Assembly (NCBI GenBank): GCA_963766075.1
Contig: CAVYAN010000031.1
Span: 1-64,000, forward strand
DNA length: 64,000 nucleotides
Reading direction: 5' to 3'
Source of the DNA: an uncultured cyanobacterium
GTDB taxonomy: Bacteria; Cyanobacteriota; Cyanobacteriia; Leptolyngbyales; Leptolyngbyaceae
The notes beneath the pieces are model-generated. The model did no database searches and was not told where the DNA came from. It worked only from the letters and a program-made list of their open reading frames with translations. A program made the position numbers and the translations under genes. Below, piece after piece: positions 1 to 11,908 of this stretch. How positions within the stretch are numbered: position 1 is the first letter of the stretch; each line of letters opens with the position of its first letter.

Positions 1-313
1 GCCGTTCGGTAAACTCGTCTAGATTGGCAGTGTCGTAGGCAACATGCTGAATGCTGTGATCACCATGTCGTTCGGCGAAGAGTGTCACCTGTGACTTCTC
101 CGCGCGATCGACGCCTTCCACCAAAGCAATACCAAACTTACCAAAATCGATGCACCATAGCTTCATACTGCTTCTGGTGTTGGTGGGATCAACATCATCA
201 AGGCGGGTGATCAACGTGCCTCCTTCAACTTCAATATGAAACCATGCCCACTTTTCAATCATGCCTTGGGCGCAGGCATACGTAACGTGATCGACGCTGA
301 GTAAGTGACGCAT
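1..313 (-). CDS. VOC/glyoxalase-fold protein resembling the 4-hydroxyphenylpyruvate dioxygenase C-terminal domain (runs off window edge)
   Basis: Manual translation from ATG 313: MRHLLSVDHVTYAC...EKSQVTLFAERHGDHSIQHVAYDTANLDEFTER; the DHV, SQV..F and IQHVA motifs parallel HPPD metal-binding His motifs. Confidence 0.6.
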   Translation of the reverse strand, partial: MRHLLSVDHVTYACAQGMIEKWAWFHIEVEGGTLITRLDDVDPTNTRSSMKLWCIDFGKFGIALVEGVDRAEKSQVTLFAERHGDHSIQHVAYDTANLDEFTER

Positions 314-1819
314 AGTGGTTTACTCTCTTTGGGGCATTAATGAAAAAGTACAGGGAAAAAGGCACAAGAAAATCACCTTGTGCAGGCGAAGCTTTCACCC
401 AATCTCAGAAAGTACTTTAATCCAACCATTCTTCATCGCAAACTCCTGGGCTTCTATTTGCAAAGTTATTTGCAAATAGAAGCCTGGTGCAGAAATCTAA
501 ACAAATTCACCACTATTGGAAAGTATTTGCAAGTGTTGAAAAAAGAATCCGACTTATTGGGCTTGTCGCTTTGGGTAGCCTGCGAGGCAGAAACATCCTC
601 ATGCAAAAAGCCAACATCTTTGCTATGTTCAAAGCGTAAACAGGTGCCGAAGAAATGAGTAGTCAATAATCAGAATATATACGCAATCTTTACGAGATTT
701 GTGAAATCGTAAAGAACGGGGAGTGAAGATCTACGTAAATTTTGACACGCTCTAGTCCGAAATTAATTTAATCTAAATAGGCTAAACCCTTTATTTAAAG
801 GCACTTTTAGATTGAGTCTATTATCTTTTATCCGTATGTCTGTGGGGGAAATGAACAGGGTCGTTGACTATTCAAATCTATTTCGGAAATTGTATATACA
901 AATACACCAGTTCACGAGTCTGGATTGTTGATTCACTGGAGAGTCTGATTCTTTTAAATCGATCAACGTGGCCAATTCATCATCCTTTGCGATCGCATTC
1001 TGACCCAGCACAAAACTCAGCAACCAGTATTTTATTGAAATACAGCTAGTTTTCTGGAATTTATATCTATTGAGACGCATATCACGATACGTCCACTCAT
1101 TCACATCTTCTGAATGGCTTGCATGCCCCACCAGAGCTTCACATATTCAACGATGCTGTGTTATCTTCCAGAAAATCAGATGAGTCTCAACTCGATTTTT
1201 GGTATCTGAAGAATCTATCTTCGCGGGCAAATGAAATTTCTGTAAGCGGCTCATCTTTAGTCTTCACATCTAAAACTTCTTCTTGTAGGCTCTTTCCGGA
1301 GACTAGGCCCATCTGGATGTATGTAGTTTAGGAGGAGGAGAATAGTCCTGGAAATTTACGCTGGGAAAATGCGGGCAATTTCAGTCGTGCGCGAGTGCGC
1401 GTTTCACAAAACCCACCCATCTACCTACTTATATGTCTTTTCTGTAAATTTCCCACTATTTCGTTATTTTTGCGCAATTGGGTGTGTTATCACTTTTTCT
1501 ATGACCGCAGGATCACGGATGCTCCGTCACTCATCACCGATAGCGGGGTGGAAGTTGGAGTGCAAATTATTAAGCGCCATCTATTGAGCGCCATCGTTAG
1601 ATACCTGTGCATCTACAGCTCCTGTCTGCTTTGCCGCCAGACCTTCATAAGATTTCAAACTGTATTGAGGGGACGCTTGCTGTCCAAGTCATTGGATCCA
1701 TGGCAACCGTATTGTCTTGGATTCGTACAGACGCCTTTTACGGGGAGTTCTCATAGGACCTCTACAAGGGACTCTAAATACATTGAACTGGGAAATTAGG
1801 ATATCAGGAAACTAAGCTC

Positions 1820-4800
1820 ATGAGTCGCAATGCCACCACGAAGCTCGAAGCAAGACTAGAAATCGTTGAGCCCAGGATTCACTCCGATCGCGAGATTCCC
1901 CACCAACCTGACTCAATTAGCCAACAATCCAGAGTGCTGAGTCAGCAACAGTTAAGTTATGACGCTGTAGACGATTCATCGGTCTTACCACTACCCACTG
2001 ATTTCCCCAGAAATCCGTCTACGCCCTACCAGGCGGGATATTGCCTTTTTTCATTTTCCAATAGCGCTACGGCCTCGCAACCAGATTTCTCAAACCTAGA
2101 CCCAGCAGCAGGCTGGCGGCAATCCGCACCGTCAGTATTAGAGCCACTGCGATCGCGCATAGTCGCCGCATTGCAGGCTCTGCTCTATCGCTATACGCAA
2201 CAGGAAACCATTGCTGTTGGGGTGACTATTGGCCGGGGGAGCCATGATGCTGGGATTGACCTTGGCCCCATCGCAGTGTCTGCCCGCATCAATGCAGAAC
2301 TCACAATCCCAGCACTGATGGCCCAGATTGCACCGGCATTGCCTCAGACAGACTCGGGCGATCGGCATTCCATGGCACAGCTCCTCGAAGCCACCGATTT
2401 GCACCCATCAGGTCACCCATCAGGTCACCCATCAGGTCACCCCAATAGGGAGGGTTCCGGGGCAACGCTGCCCGTGGTTGTCACGTTTCTCACAAATCAG
2501 GCTGATCTGAGCGCCATCACCGCTGGGCTGACAGCAGGGAACGCGCTAACCGAAACACTGGGTCCAGCACCAGACTGGCACCTGATCATTTTGCCTCAGC
2601 CAGAAACCCTTTCAGGCATTTGGGTTTATAACGCCAACCTGTTTACCTCAGACCGGATGCAGCGCCTGTCCGATCACTTTCAAACCATGATGATGGGTCT
2701 TGTGGCTCAGCCCAATTTGCCAATTTGCCAATTGCCCCTGCTAACAGCTCTCGAAGAGCAACAGCTACTCGTGGACTGGAGCAGTGCGGCGGTTGATTAT
2801 CCGCAGGTGCCGATTTATCAGGCCATTGAGGCCCATGCGGTGCAGAACCCTGATGCGATCGCCATGACCTTTCAGGGGCAACAGTATACCTATGCTGAAC
2901 TTAATCACCGCGCTAATCAACTGGCGCATTACCTCATCTACATTGGCGTAAAAGCGGGCGATCGCATCGCCGTCTGTCTACAACCCTCCTTAGAAATTGG
3001 CGTGGCATTGCTGGGCATTTTCAAAGCGGGCGGCGTGTACGTCCCCCTTGACGCCACTCACCCCCCCGAACGCCTCAGAGCAATTTTGGCAGACACCCAA
3101 GCCACCGTATTGCTTACCCAAACCCGCCTGTTCTCGCACCTGCTCCCCCCCATCCACCACGACATTTGTCTTGATCAGGACTGGGAAACCATTCAACTGT
3201 TTTCCACCCACAATCCGAGTTGCCCCATCGACCTAGATCAAACGGCTTATATCATCTATACCTCCGGTACCACCGGCCAACCCAAAGGGGTCATGGCCAG
3301 CCACCGAAATCTAGTGAACTATATTCTCGCTACTCAGGAAAGACTAGGCTTTAATCAGCACGATGTCATGCCCTCGGTGGCTCGATTTACCTTCAGTATT
3401 TCTTTGTTTGAGCTGCTATCGCCCCTAGTCGCCGGGGGCACCCTGGTCATTCTGGACCGCGCCCATGTGTTAGATCTACCGCGCATGGCACAAACTCTGG
3501 AGCAGTTGACGATGCTGCATACAGTGCCGAGTTTAATGCAGCGGCTAGTCACATATATTCAAGAAAATGGTTTAGATTTACAAAAATTTCAGCATGTAAA
3601 ACATGTGTTTACGGGAGGCGATACTGTCCCCCCGGATTTGCTAGAGCAGTTGAAGGCCGTTTTTCAGCAGGCACACATTGCAGTGCTGTATGGATGCAGT
3701 GAAGTCAGTTCACTCTGTGCCACATTTCCGGTGCCTCGCGACCAAGCCTTGACGAAAAGTCGCGTGGGCAAGCCCTTTAACAACGTGGCTATCCGGCTGT
3801 ATGATGCCCATCAAAACCTAGTGCCCATCGGGATTCCGGGGGAAATTTATGTGGGTGGAGCGGGGGTCACCCGAGGCTACCTGAATCGGCAGGAATTAAC
3901 CCAAGAGAAATTTGTTGTCATTGATGGACAACGATTTTACCGCACGGGCGATCTCGGACGGTTTGGGACTGATGGCAATTTGGAGTTTTTGGGGCGAACC
4001 GATTTCCAAATTAAGCTACGTGGCATCCGGATTGAATTAGGCGATATTGAATCCACCTTACGGCGTGCCCCCGGTGTCCGTGAAGGGGTCGTGATGGCGC
4101 GAGACCTCGGCAGTGGCGAAAATAGCTTGGTCGCCTATGTTGTGCTTGATCAATCCTACGTGGCTGCGAACGGTCTATCGGCAAACACCTCAGCAGCGAT
4201 TCGCAGAGATTCGGCAAGCGCTGGCGGCTCAATTGCCGGACTACATGCTGCCAACCGCCTTTATCGTTCTGGATGCCATGCCCCTCAATCCGAATCAAAA
4301 AGTTGATCGACGGGCATTGCCCCAGCCAACTGATGAAACGTTGATTGGAGATGCTGCGATCACTTCTCCGACTAATGAATGGGAACACCATCTGGTGACA
4401 ATTTGGCAATCGGTTTTGGGCATTCAACCCATCGGCATCGAAAACAATTTTTTTGACCTGGGGGGCAATTCGCTGCTAGCAGTGCAAATGTTGACCCAGG
4501 TCGAACAAGAATTGGGTAAAAAACTGCCCATTACAGCCCTAGTGTCCGCACCCACGATTAGAAGCTTGGCGCAGGAAATGAGCCAAGAGCAGAGAGAGCA
4601 TAATGATGCGGCGGTGGAGTTGGTGGCATTACGCAGTGGCGGCACTAAGCCTCCCTTATTCTGCATCTACGGCATTTTGCTGTATCAGGAATTGGTCGAG
4701 CACCTGTCATCGGATCGTCCCGTCTATGCGATTTATGTGCAAGAAGAAGTGGATCTGCTGAAGCAGGGGGCAGAATCAGAAGGAATGGCAGAGTCCGGAG

Positions 4801-5552
4801 GTGGTCTAACCGATGTTCCCAGTATTGCCACGCGATATTTGTCTGTGATTCGCCGCTTGCAGCCCCATGGCCCCTACCACTTAGCGGGCGAATCCTTTGG
4901 TGGAGTGGTGGCCTTTGAAATGGCGCAACAGTTACAGGCAGTGGGCGAGACCGTCGCGTTGGTTGCCCTACTGGATTCTAAGGCTCCCAATTACATGGTT
5001 CATTTACCCCTGTGGCAGCGGCTGATGTTACACGGTCAGTTTCTGATACAACAGGGACCGGCTTATTTGTGGGAGCGCTTGCAGGAAAATCTCCAGGCTG
5101 TGAAACAGAAAGTGTCTGCAACTCTCGATGTTCGGGTGGCGATGCGAGCCCAGGCTAGTCAGGCGTATTTTCCTGAACCCTATCCAGGGAAGCTCGTGCT
5201 GTTCCGGGCCATGGAGCGGGATCCATTTCAGGAAGAGAGTGCAATGAATAGTCGCGATCTGGGCTGGAAGGCTCTGGCAGCAGGCGGGCTAGAAATCTTT
5301 GATATTCCTGGTGACCACTTAGGGATTCTTAAGGCACCGCATGTGCAGGTGCTGGCGGCACAAATGCACGCTTGCATGGAGCGCGCCCCTGGCTCCCCGC
5401 AGACGCAACAGACTCGTCAGGGGGCAGATGCTGCTAATCTAGGCAAGATTTCCCCAGATCGGCATGGTTTCGGCGATCGCGAGACCATCAGGCCGCCTGA
5501 AATAGCTGTCTTTTGGAAGGGTTTCTTTTTTGAAACTTCATTCGGACAATAG
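1820..5552 (+). CDS. Single-module NRPS-like protein (partial condensation domain, A, T, TE), split by a +1 frameshift near 4200
   Basis: YIIYTSGTTGQPKG, YRTGDL, QIKLRGIRIELG in ORF 1820-4306; NQKVDRRAL, FFDLGGNSLLA (T) and GESFGG (TE) in ORF 4113-5552. Confidence 0.9.
2402..2443 (+). repeat. 12-bp tandem repeat CACCCATCAGGT x3 (encodes HPSG x3) inside the NRPS
   Basis: Directly visible. Confidence 0.9.
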
Positions 5553-5554
5553 CA

Positions 5555-6511
5555 ATGACAATGAAGCAAATCATGATCAAAAATCTGACGCTGAAAAATC
5601 TGAGCTTACCTCAGCAAGTGCTGCTGGGTCTGGGGTTAACTGTATTGCTGGGAGTTGGTTTATACGGCGCTGTTAAAATACTCCGGCGTTACCAAGCGGA
5701 ACAGCCCCGATCCGATGCACAGGGTTTTCTACAGGTGGGGCCTCTCAAGCGTGGCTACGACTTCCATATTCCAGCATCCTATAACAGCCAAAAACCAGTT
5801 CCGCTCGTGCTGGCCTTTCATGGCACTGGCGGCACGGGTAAAGCCATGGCAGACATGACTGGACTCAATCGGATTGCCGACCAAGCCGGATTTATTGTGG
5901 TCTATCCCGATGGCATTCGTCAGCATTGGAATGCGCGACGCGGTAACCGACCGGACTCCACCAATGATTTGGGTTTTATCGCTGCTCTGATTGATGACTT
6001 AGGGCAAAAGTATAGCCTCGATCGCCGCCGGATTTATGCCACGGGATTTTCTAATGGCGGGACTTTCGTCTACCGCTTGGCCTGCGAATTAGGCGATAAA
6101 ATTACGGCGATCGCCACAGTTGCTGCACCCATGCCGGAATCTGTTTCCCAGAGTTGTCAATCCAGCAAACCCATCTCCCTGCTGATGGTGCATGGCACAA
6201 AAGATGCTGTTTTTCCCTATGGCTCGGTTGCCGCTCCCGCCCTCCTGTCCGTTGTCGATACCGTGAAATACTGGCGCACCCGCAATGATTGCGCCCCCCA
6301 AGCCATCCAAGAAACCCTGCCTAAAAGTCCCCATGTGCGCATTGATCGCTATCAAAACTGTAAAAATGAATCCAGCGTTAAGCTCTATACCGTAGAAGGC
6401 GGAGAACACGGCTGGGGAGATGCCGAAATCAAACTCACCAATAAAGCCCACGAAACCATGAATACCAGCGCTGTGATTTGGGATTTCTTCAACCAGCAGA
6501 CAATGCGATAA
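5555..6511 (+). CDS. LpqC / PHB-depolymerase family alpha/beta-hydrolase esterase with N-terminal membrane anchor
   Basis: PLVLAFHGTGG, FIVVYPDG, ATGFSNGG nucleophile motif, HGTKD, GGEHGW. Confidence 0.85.
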   Translation: MTMKQIMIKNLTLKNLSLPQQVLLGLGLTVLLGVGLYGAVKILRRYQAEQPRSDAQGFLQVGPLKRGYDFHIPASYNSQKPVPLVLAFHGTGGTGKAMADMTGLNRIADQAGFIVVYPDGIRQHWNARRGNRPDSTNDLGFIAALIDDLGQKYSLDRRRIYATGFSNGGTFVYRLACELGDKITAIATVAAPMPESVSQSCQSSKPISLLMVHGTKDAVFPYGSVAAPALLSVVDTVKYWRTRNDCAPQAIQETLPKSPHVRIDRYQNCKNESSVKLYTVEGGEHGWGDAEIKLTNKAHETMNTSAVIWDFFNQQTMR

Positions 6512-6607
6512 AAAATGCAATAAAAGCAGCCCAAACCCCATCCGGCCCAGAATTCAGTTATGCTCTAACTGATCGGCCCCTGCATTTTGGTTCCTCCGTC
6601 TCTCCCC

Positions 6608-8542
6608 ATGAGTATTTTCACACTCAAAAACGTCAAAAAAGACTTTGGCATCAAAGAAATCCTGCGCGATGCCACCTTCAGCCTCGATGCTAGCGACAAA
6701 GTGGGACTGATCGGCACCAACGGCTCTGGCAAATCGACGCTGCTCAAAATCATCGCCAACCTAGAACCGATCGATGCCGGGGACCTTTGGGTCAATGCCA
6801 GTTGCCGCATTGTGTATCTGCCCCAGCAACCTGACATGGACGAGAGTCGCACGGTGCTGGAGCAGGTTTTTGCGGACAGTGGGGAACAGGCTACCTTGGT
6901 CAAGGAATATGAAGAAATTTCTGACAAGCTGGCCCATGGGCAAGGTGACTCCGATCGCCTCATGGCCCGCCTCTCCACTGTCTCCCAGCGCATGGATGAA
7001 ATTGGGGCCTGGGATCTGGAAACCAACGCCAAAATCATTCTGACCAAACTGGGCATTGACGATTTTGACGCCCGCATTGGCGACCTTTCCGGCGGCTACC
7101 GCAAGCGGATCGCATTGGCGGCAGCACTGCTGTCCAATCCCGACGTGCTGCTGATGGACGAGCCTACCAACCATTTGGATGCTACCTCCGTCGAATGGCT
7201 GCAAGAGTATCTGAATCGGTTTCGGGGCGCGCTGCTGCTGATCACCCACGATCGCTACTTCCTGGACCTGGTCACCACGAGCATACTGGAACTGGATCGG
7301 GGCGATCTCTACACCTATGCAGGCAACTATTCCTACTACTTGGAAAAGAAAGCCCTGGCCGAAGAATCCGACCTCAGTTCCCAGCGTAAACATGCCGGTG
7401 TTCTCCGCCGCGAACTGGAATGGCTCAAACGAGGCCCCAAAGCCCGCAGCACCAAACAAAAAGCCCGCATTGATCGCATCGGCGATATGCGGGAAAAAGA
7501 ATTTAAACAAGTCCAGGGCAAGGTAGAAATTTCCACGGCGGGGCGGCGGATTGGCAAGAAAGTGATTGAGCTGGATGCGATCGCCAAATCCTACGACGAC
7601 CGCATCCTGTTCCAGGACTTCACCTACGCGTTTACCCCCCGCGATCGCATCGGCATCATTGGTCCCAACGGCGCAGGCAAATCTACCCTGATGAATATCA
7701 TCACGGGCCGTCTTGAACCTGACGCAGGCACCGTTGAAATTGGCAGCACCATCCACTTTGGCTACTTCGATCAGCATTCCGACGATGTGATGACAAATCC
7801 CAATTTGCGGGCGATCGAATACCTCAAAGAAGTGGCCGAACTCGTCACCACCGCCGATGGCGAGATCATTACCGCCTCCCAAATGTTGGAGCGCTTCCTA
7901 TTTACTCCCAACCAGCAATACGCCCCCATCAACAAGCTCTCCGGCGGCGAACGCCGTCGCCTCTTCCTGTTGCGCGTGCTGCTGCGTGCTCCCAACGTCC
8001 TGATTCTCGACGAACCCACCAATGATCTGGATGTTCAGACCCTGGCCGTTCTCGAAGACTACCTGGAAGAGTTCAACGGCTGTGTGATTGTGGTCTCCCA
8101 CGATCGCTATTTTCTCGACCGCACCGTCGAAACCATCTTTGCCTTAGAACCGGGCGGCACCATTCGCCAATACCCCGGCAACTATTCCGTATATTTAGAG
8201 TTTAGAAAGGATGAACTGGCCACGGAGGGAAAACCCAATCTAGCGGATGGGCCATCCCTACAACCCACCGCTGTCGAGGCCCCCAAGACTTCCCCAACAG
8301 CAATTGCCAAATCCAGTGCTTCCCGCAAGCTTTCCTTCAAAGAAAAGCGTGAGCTGGACCAGCTCGAAGCTCAAATTCCCACTCTAGAAGCCGAAAAGGA
8401 AGCCCTCGAGAAAACCCTATACCGCAACCCCCCTTCCGGCTATACCGACCTAAATCAGTTGTCTGCCCGCCTTGCCGAACTGGAAACTACCATTAACACG
8501 GCCACCGAGCGGTGGATGGAACTATCGGAATTGGCATCCTAA
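6608..8542 (+). CDS. uup: ABC-F family ATPase (Uup-like)
   Basis: Two ABC cassettes (GTNGSGKST, GPNGAGKST), LSGG signatures, DEPTN motifs, GPKARSTKQKAR linker, C-terminal coiled coil. Confidence 0.85.
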   Translation: MSIFTLKNVKKDFGIKEILRDATFSLDASDKVGLIGTNGSGKSTLLKIIANLEPIDAGDLWVNASCRIVYLPQQPDMDESRTVLEQVFADSGEQATLVKEYEEISDKLAHGQGDSDRLMARLSTVSQRMDEIGAWDLETNAKIILTKLGIDDFDARIGDLSGGYRKRIALAAALLSNPDVLLMDEPTNHLDATSVEWLQEYLNRFRGALLLITHDRYFLDLVTTSILELDRGDLYTYAGNYSYYLEKKALAEESDLSSQRKHAGVLRRELEWLKRGPKARSTKQKARIDRIGDMREKEFKQVQGKVEISTAGRRIGKKVIELDAIAKSYDDRILFQDFTYAFTPRDRIGIIGPNGAGKSTLMNIITGRLEPDAGTVEIGSTIHFGYFDQHSDDVMTNPNLRAIEYLKEVAELVTTADGEIITASQMLERFLFTPNQQYAPINKLSGGERRRLFLLRVLLRAPNVLILDEPTNDLDVQTLAVLEDYLEEFNGCVIVVSHDRYFLDRTVETIFALEPGGTIRQYPGNYSVYLEFRKDELATEGKPNLADGPSLQPTAVEAPKTSPTAIAKSSASRKLSFKEKRELDQLEAQIPTLEAEKEALEKTLYRNPPSGYTDLNQLSARLAELETTINTATERWMELSELAS

Positions 8543-9439
8543 TCGGCCCTGCGCCACTTGATGCCGATTTCCGTATTTATCACTGAAAAAAATGGTTATG
8601 GGGGCGATCGCCCGCAGGCGCTAAACGTTTTGAACCTGTGCCTCTACATCCTACCCTACGCTGCCATAGGCAGTTGAGCCCCTAGCAGCAGTTGGTGCTT
8701 CTGCAAACATCCTAAAGGGTGAAGGCATTTGCAATTATTGCCGACTATAATAGTGGCTCGCATTTGTGGGCGGCTTTATTTTTATTTCATGAGTTTGCAG
8801 CTCAGAGCCACGGCCTCAGGTTAAGCGTAGGTTAATCAACGGTAAGCCTAACTTTGACAAATTCTATCACCCGCCACATATCAGTCTGATTAGCGTCACA
8901 GGGATGCAACAGTGCCCACCTAAGATAGTTCCTGAAAGTCTGCAGTCTTAATCTGGAGCCTTAATTATGAAGGATTTTCAAAATTCAAATCATTTATCCC
9001 TAGGTCTACTGTAGCCCGTACTTTCCTCGCCCTACAGTTATCCGCCTACCGGGCGTTCGGTTTTCCCTCTCATTTAAGACTGTTCATAATCCCCGCAAAC
9101 CGGGAAGATAGATTCACGACTTGTCTCCCTTAAGTCGGGCCTAATGCGCGCTATATCGTTCTATTAAAGGGATTTGCACCTTCAGTTCCTGACTTTCAGT
9201 TCCTGACTTTTACCCAGCATTCGCCCGCCTGAATCTAGTAAGCCAAACTCATAATGATTCCGGCTCGGGTGAATCCAGCTCGACATTACCCACGTATTCC
9301 CGGGCATCGTCCTATTTCCAATGTATTCCTAGATAACATGCATCCCAGTTAAACAGCGCTGGCTGAAACAACGTTTACGCCTGTCGCATCGGTATTCCTA
9401 ACCCCTCAGTCTTTTCACGTTACGGAGTCCATACCCATC

Positions 9440-10423
9440 ATGACCACTGCCAACCTGAAGGAAAAAAACACTAAAGCCACATTCACCGCTGATATGGTTC
9501 GGACCTATCTGCATGAAATTGGTCGTGTGCCCATGCTGACCCACGAACAGGAAATCGTGTATGGCAAACAGGTGCAACAGATGATGGTGCTGCACGATAA
9601 GAAAGAGGCGCTATCCAAACAGTTGCACCACGAGCCCAGCGATCAAGAACTGGCTGCCGATGCCAACCTCAGTGAGGCCGATCTGCGCACCATTCTACGC
9701 CAGGGGCAACGGGCCAAACAAAAGATGATCGAGGCCAATTTACGCTTGGTCGTGTCCATCGCCAAAAAATATCAAAAGCGCAACCTGGAATTCCTGGATT
9801 TGATTCAGGAGGGCACCATGGGTCTAGAGCGCGGTGTCGAAAAATTTGATCCCATGCGGGGCTACAAATTTTCTACCTATGCTTATTGGTGGATTCGGCA
9901 GGCGATTACTCGGGCGATCGCCCAGCAAGCCCGCACCATTCGGTTGCCGATCCACATCACTGAAAAGCTCAACAAAATCAAAAAAGTCCAGCGCGAACTC
10001 TCCCAAGCCTTGGGACGCAGTGCGACAGCGGCAGAAATTGCCGCCGAACTGGAGCTAACCCCGGCGGACATTCGGGAATATCTGGTGCTGTCCCGTCAAC
10101 CAGTTTCCCTAGACATGCGGGTGGGGGACAACCAGGATACCGAATTGCAGGATCTGCTGGAGGACGATGGTCCTTCGCCAGATACATACATGGCTCAGGA
10201 GTCTTTGCGCACCGACCTGGAAAAGCTGATGGCCGAACTGACCGCTCAGCAGCGCGAAGTTTTGTCCCTGCGATTTGGCTTGGATGATGGTAATGCGTTG
10301 TCCCTGGCAAAAGTCGGTGAACGGCTGAATCTGAGCCGTGAACGGGTCCGTCAGTTAGAACGCCAAGCACTGGAGAGCCTGCGGCGGCGCAAGGCAACTG
10401 TGCGGGAGTATCTGGCTAGCTAA
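9440..10423 (+). CDS. sigB: Group 2 RNA polymerase sigma factor (SigB-like)
   Basis: [58 protein letters not shown]. Confidence 0.8.
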   Translation: MTTANLKEKNTKATFTADMVRTYLHEIGRVPMLTHEQEIVYGKQVQQMMVLHDKKEALSKQLHHEPSDQELAADANLSEADLRTILRQGQRAKQKMIEANLRLVVSIAKKYQKRNLEFLDLIQEGTMGLERGVEKFDPMRGYKFSTYAYWWIRQAITRAIAQQARTIRLPIHITEKLNKIKKVQRELSQALGRSATAAEIAAELELTPADIREYLVLSRQPVSLDMRVGDNQDTELQDLLEDDGPSPDTYMAQESLRTDLEKLMAELTAQQREVLSLRFGLDDGNALSLAKVGERLNLSRERVRQLERQALESLRRRKATVREYLAS

Positions 10424-10559
10424 ATCTATTGCAGATTGCTGGCCCTGAAGGGCATGCCAGTGACAGTTTGGATTTGCCCCAAAATGTCACTGAATTCTGG
10501 GTCACGAGCGATCGCCTGTAGGCGATCGCTTTTTCATAACCATACATTAGTCCGTCGAG

Positions 10560-10678
10560 AGTGCTCCCTTGAACAAAGATTACTCCCTTCGCTCAAGATT
10601 ACTCCCTTGAACCAAGATTACTACTCCCTTCGCTCAAGATTGCTCCCTGAGCGGAGTCGAAGGGAGCAATCTTGAGCG
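10560..10678. repeat. REP-like palindrome (CGCTCAAGATTGCTCCC-TGAGCGGAGTCGAA-GGGAGCAATCTTGAGCG) preceded by tandem partial copies of its arm
   Basis: 17-bp arms at 10631-10647 and 10662-10678; lies between convergent sigB and nadA. Confidence 0.8.
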
Positions 10679-10762
10679 ATCTCTAACTTTTGAAGCAACG
10701 TTAGGGATCGGAAAGTCCCCTCGGTGACACCCCATAGAGGGGAACTATAAGCCCGCCCGCTC

Positions 10763-11743
10763 TTAGCTCAGCGCTAGCATCCGCTGGATCGGTTTTAATG
10801 CTGCCGTTTGGAGGGCATCCGGTAAAGCAATCTCTGGCGATCGCGTTTGCATGCAGAGATAGAGCTTTTCTAGGGTATTCAACCGCATGTAGGGACATTC
10901 ATTGCAGGCACAGTTCCCTGTCGGTGGGGCGGGAATAAACTGCTTGTCGGGGGCCGCTTTTTGCATCTGGTGGATGATGCCCGGTTCCGTTGCCACAATG
11001 AAGGTCTGGCTGGCGCTGCTTTGACAGTAGTTCAGCAAGGCCGTAGTCGAACCAATGTAGTCCGCATGGCGCAGCACCGCCGGTTCGCATTCGGGATGGG
11101 CGATCGCCTCTGCCTCAGGATACTCAATCTTGAGCTGCACCATTTTCTTTTCCGAAAATGTCTCATGGACGATACAACTGCCCTGCCACAGCAGCATTTC
11201 TCGCCCCGTTTGCTGCATAACATAGCGGCCCAAGTTGCGATCCGGAGCAAAAATAATCGGCCGGTCTGCGGGGACCTGTTGCACAACCTTCACGGCATTG
11301 GAACTGGTGCAAATGATGTCACTCATTGCCTTAATTTCCGCCGTGCAATTAATGTAGGAAATCACCAAATGATCGGGATGCTGCGCCTTGAATTCTGCAA
11401 AGGCATCGGCAGGGCAACTGTCGGCTAGGGAACATCCTGCGGCCAAGTCGGGTAGGAGCACTTGCTTGTGGGGATTCAATATTTTTGCTGTTTCCGCCAT
11501 AAAATGCACGCCAGCAAACACGATGACGTCGGCTTCGGTCGTCGCTGCCTGCTGGGATAATCCCAGGGAATCCCCAATGTAGTCAGCAATATCCTGGATA
11601 TCGGAATCCTGATAATAGTGCGCCAAGATCACCGCGTTGAGGTCACGCTTTAGTTGGGCGATCGCCGCAAACAAATCCCGAGGCAGCGTCGGGCGATCGC
11701 TTTGGAGGGACGCTGGCAAACCAGAGAGAGAAGTTGTAAACAC
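10763..11743 (-). CDS. nadA: Quinolinate synthase
   Basis: [43 protein letters not shown] start inferred. Confidence 0.95.
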   Translation of the reverse strand: MFTTSLSGLPASLQSDRPTLPRDLFAAIAQLKRDLNAVILAHYYQDSDIQDIADYIGDSLGLSQQAATTEADVIVFAGVHFMAETAKILNPHKQVLLPDLAAGCSLADSCPADAFAEFKAQHPDHLVISYINCTAEIKAMSDIICTSSNAVKVVQQVPADRPIIFAPDRNLGRYVMQQTGREMLLWQGSCIVHETFSEKKMVQLKIEYPEAEAIAHPECEPAVLRHADYIGSTTALLNYCQSSASQTFIVATEPGIIHQMQKAAPDKQFIPAPPTGNCACNECPYMRLNTLEKLYLCMQTRSPEIALPDALQTAALKPIQRMLALS

Positions 11744-11908
11744 AGCAATACCGTTGAGATAGGAGAGAGGTATTGCCCAATTATAGTTCAAATCACCAAA
11801 ATAGAATGCTGATTTATGAATTTATTCACTAAAAGCGCCACCCCCGAAATCCCCAAAATTTGATACCCTATCCTAATCCTTCAAACGATCAGGGAACTGG
11901 GTAGTAGC

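Noticed and set aside
380..658. Possible IS5-type transposase tail (WCRNLNKFTTIG)
   Set aside because: Similarity too weak; no terminal repeats or DDE motifs seen
1820..5552. Mycosporine NRPS (MysE-type) assignment
   Set aside because: No mysABC genes in view, and the A-domain motifs differ from what I recall for that family
6761..7882. Long antisense ORF (373 aa) and similar shadow ORFs opposite pdhA, argS, ftn2 and others
   Set aside because: Antisense shadows of well-supported genes, with no motifs of their own
9225..9310. c-di-AMP (ydaO) riboswitch-like words CTGAATC and GGGTGAATC
   Set aside because: The remaining conserved elements and pairing of that riboswitch are not evident
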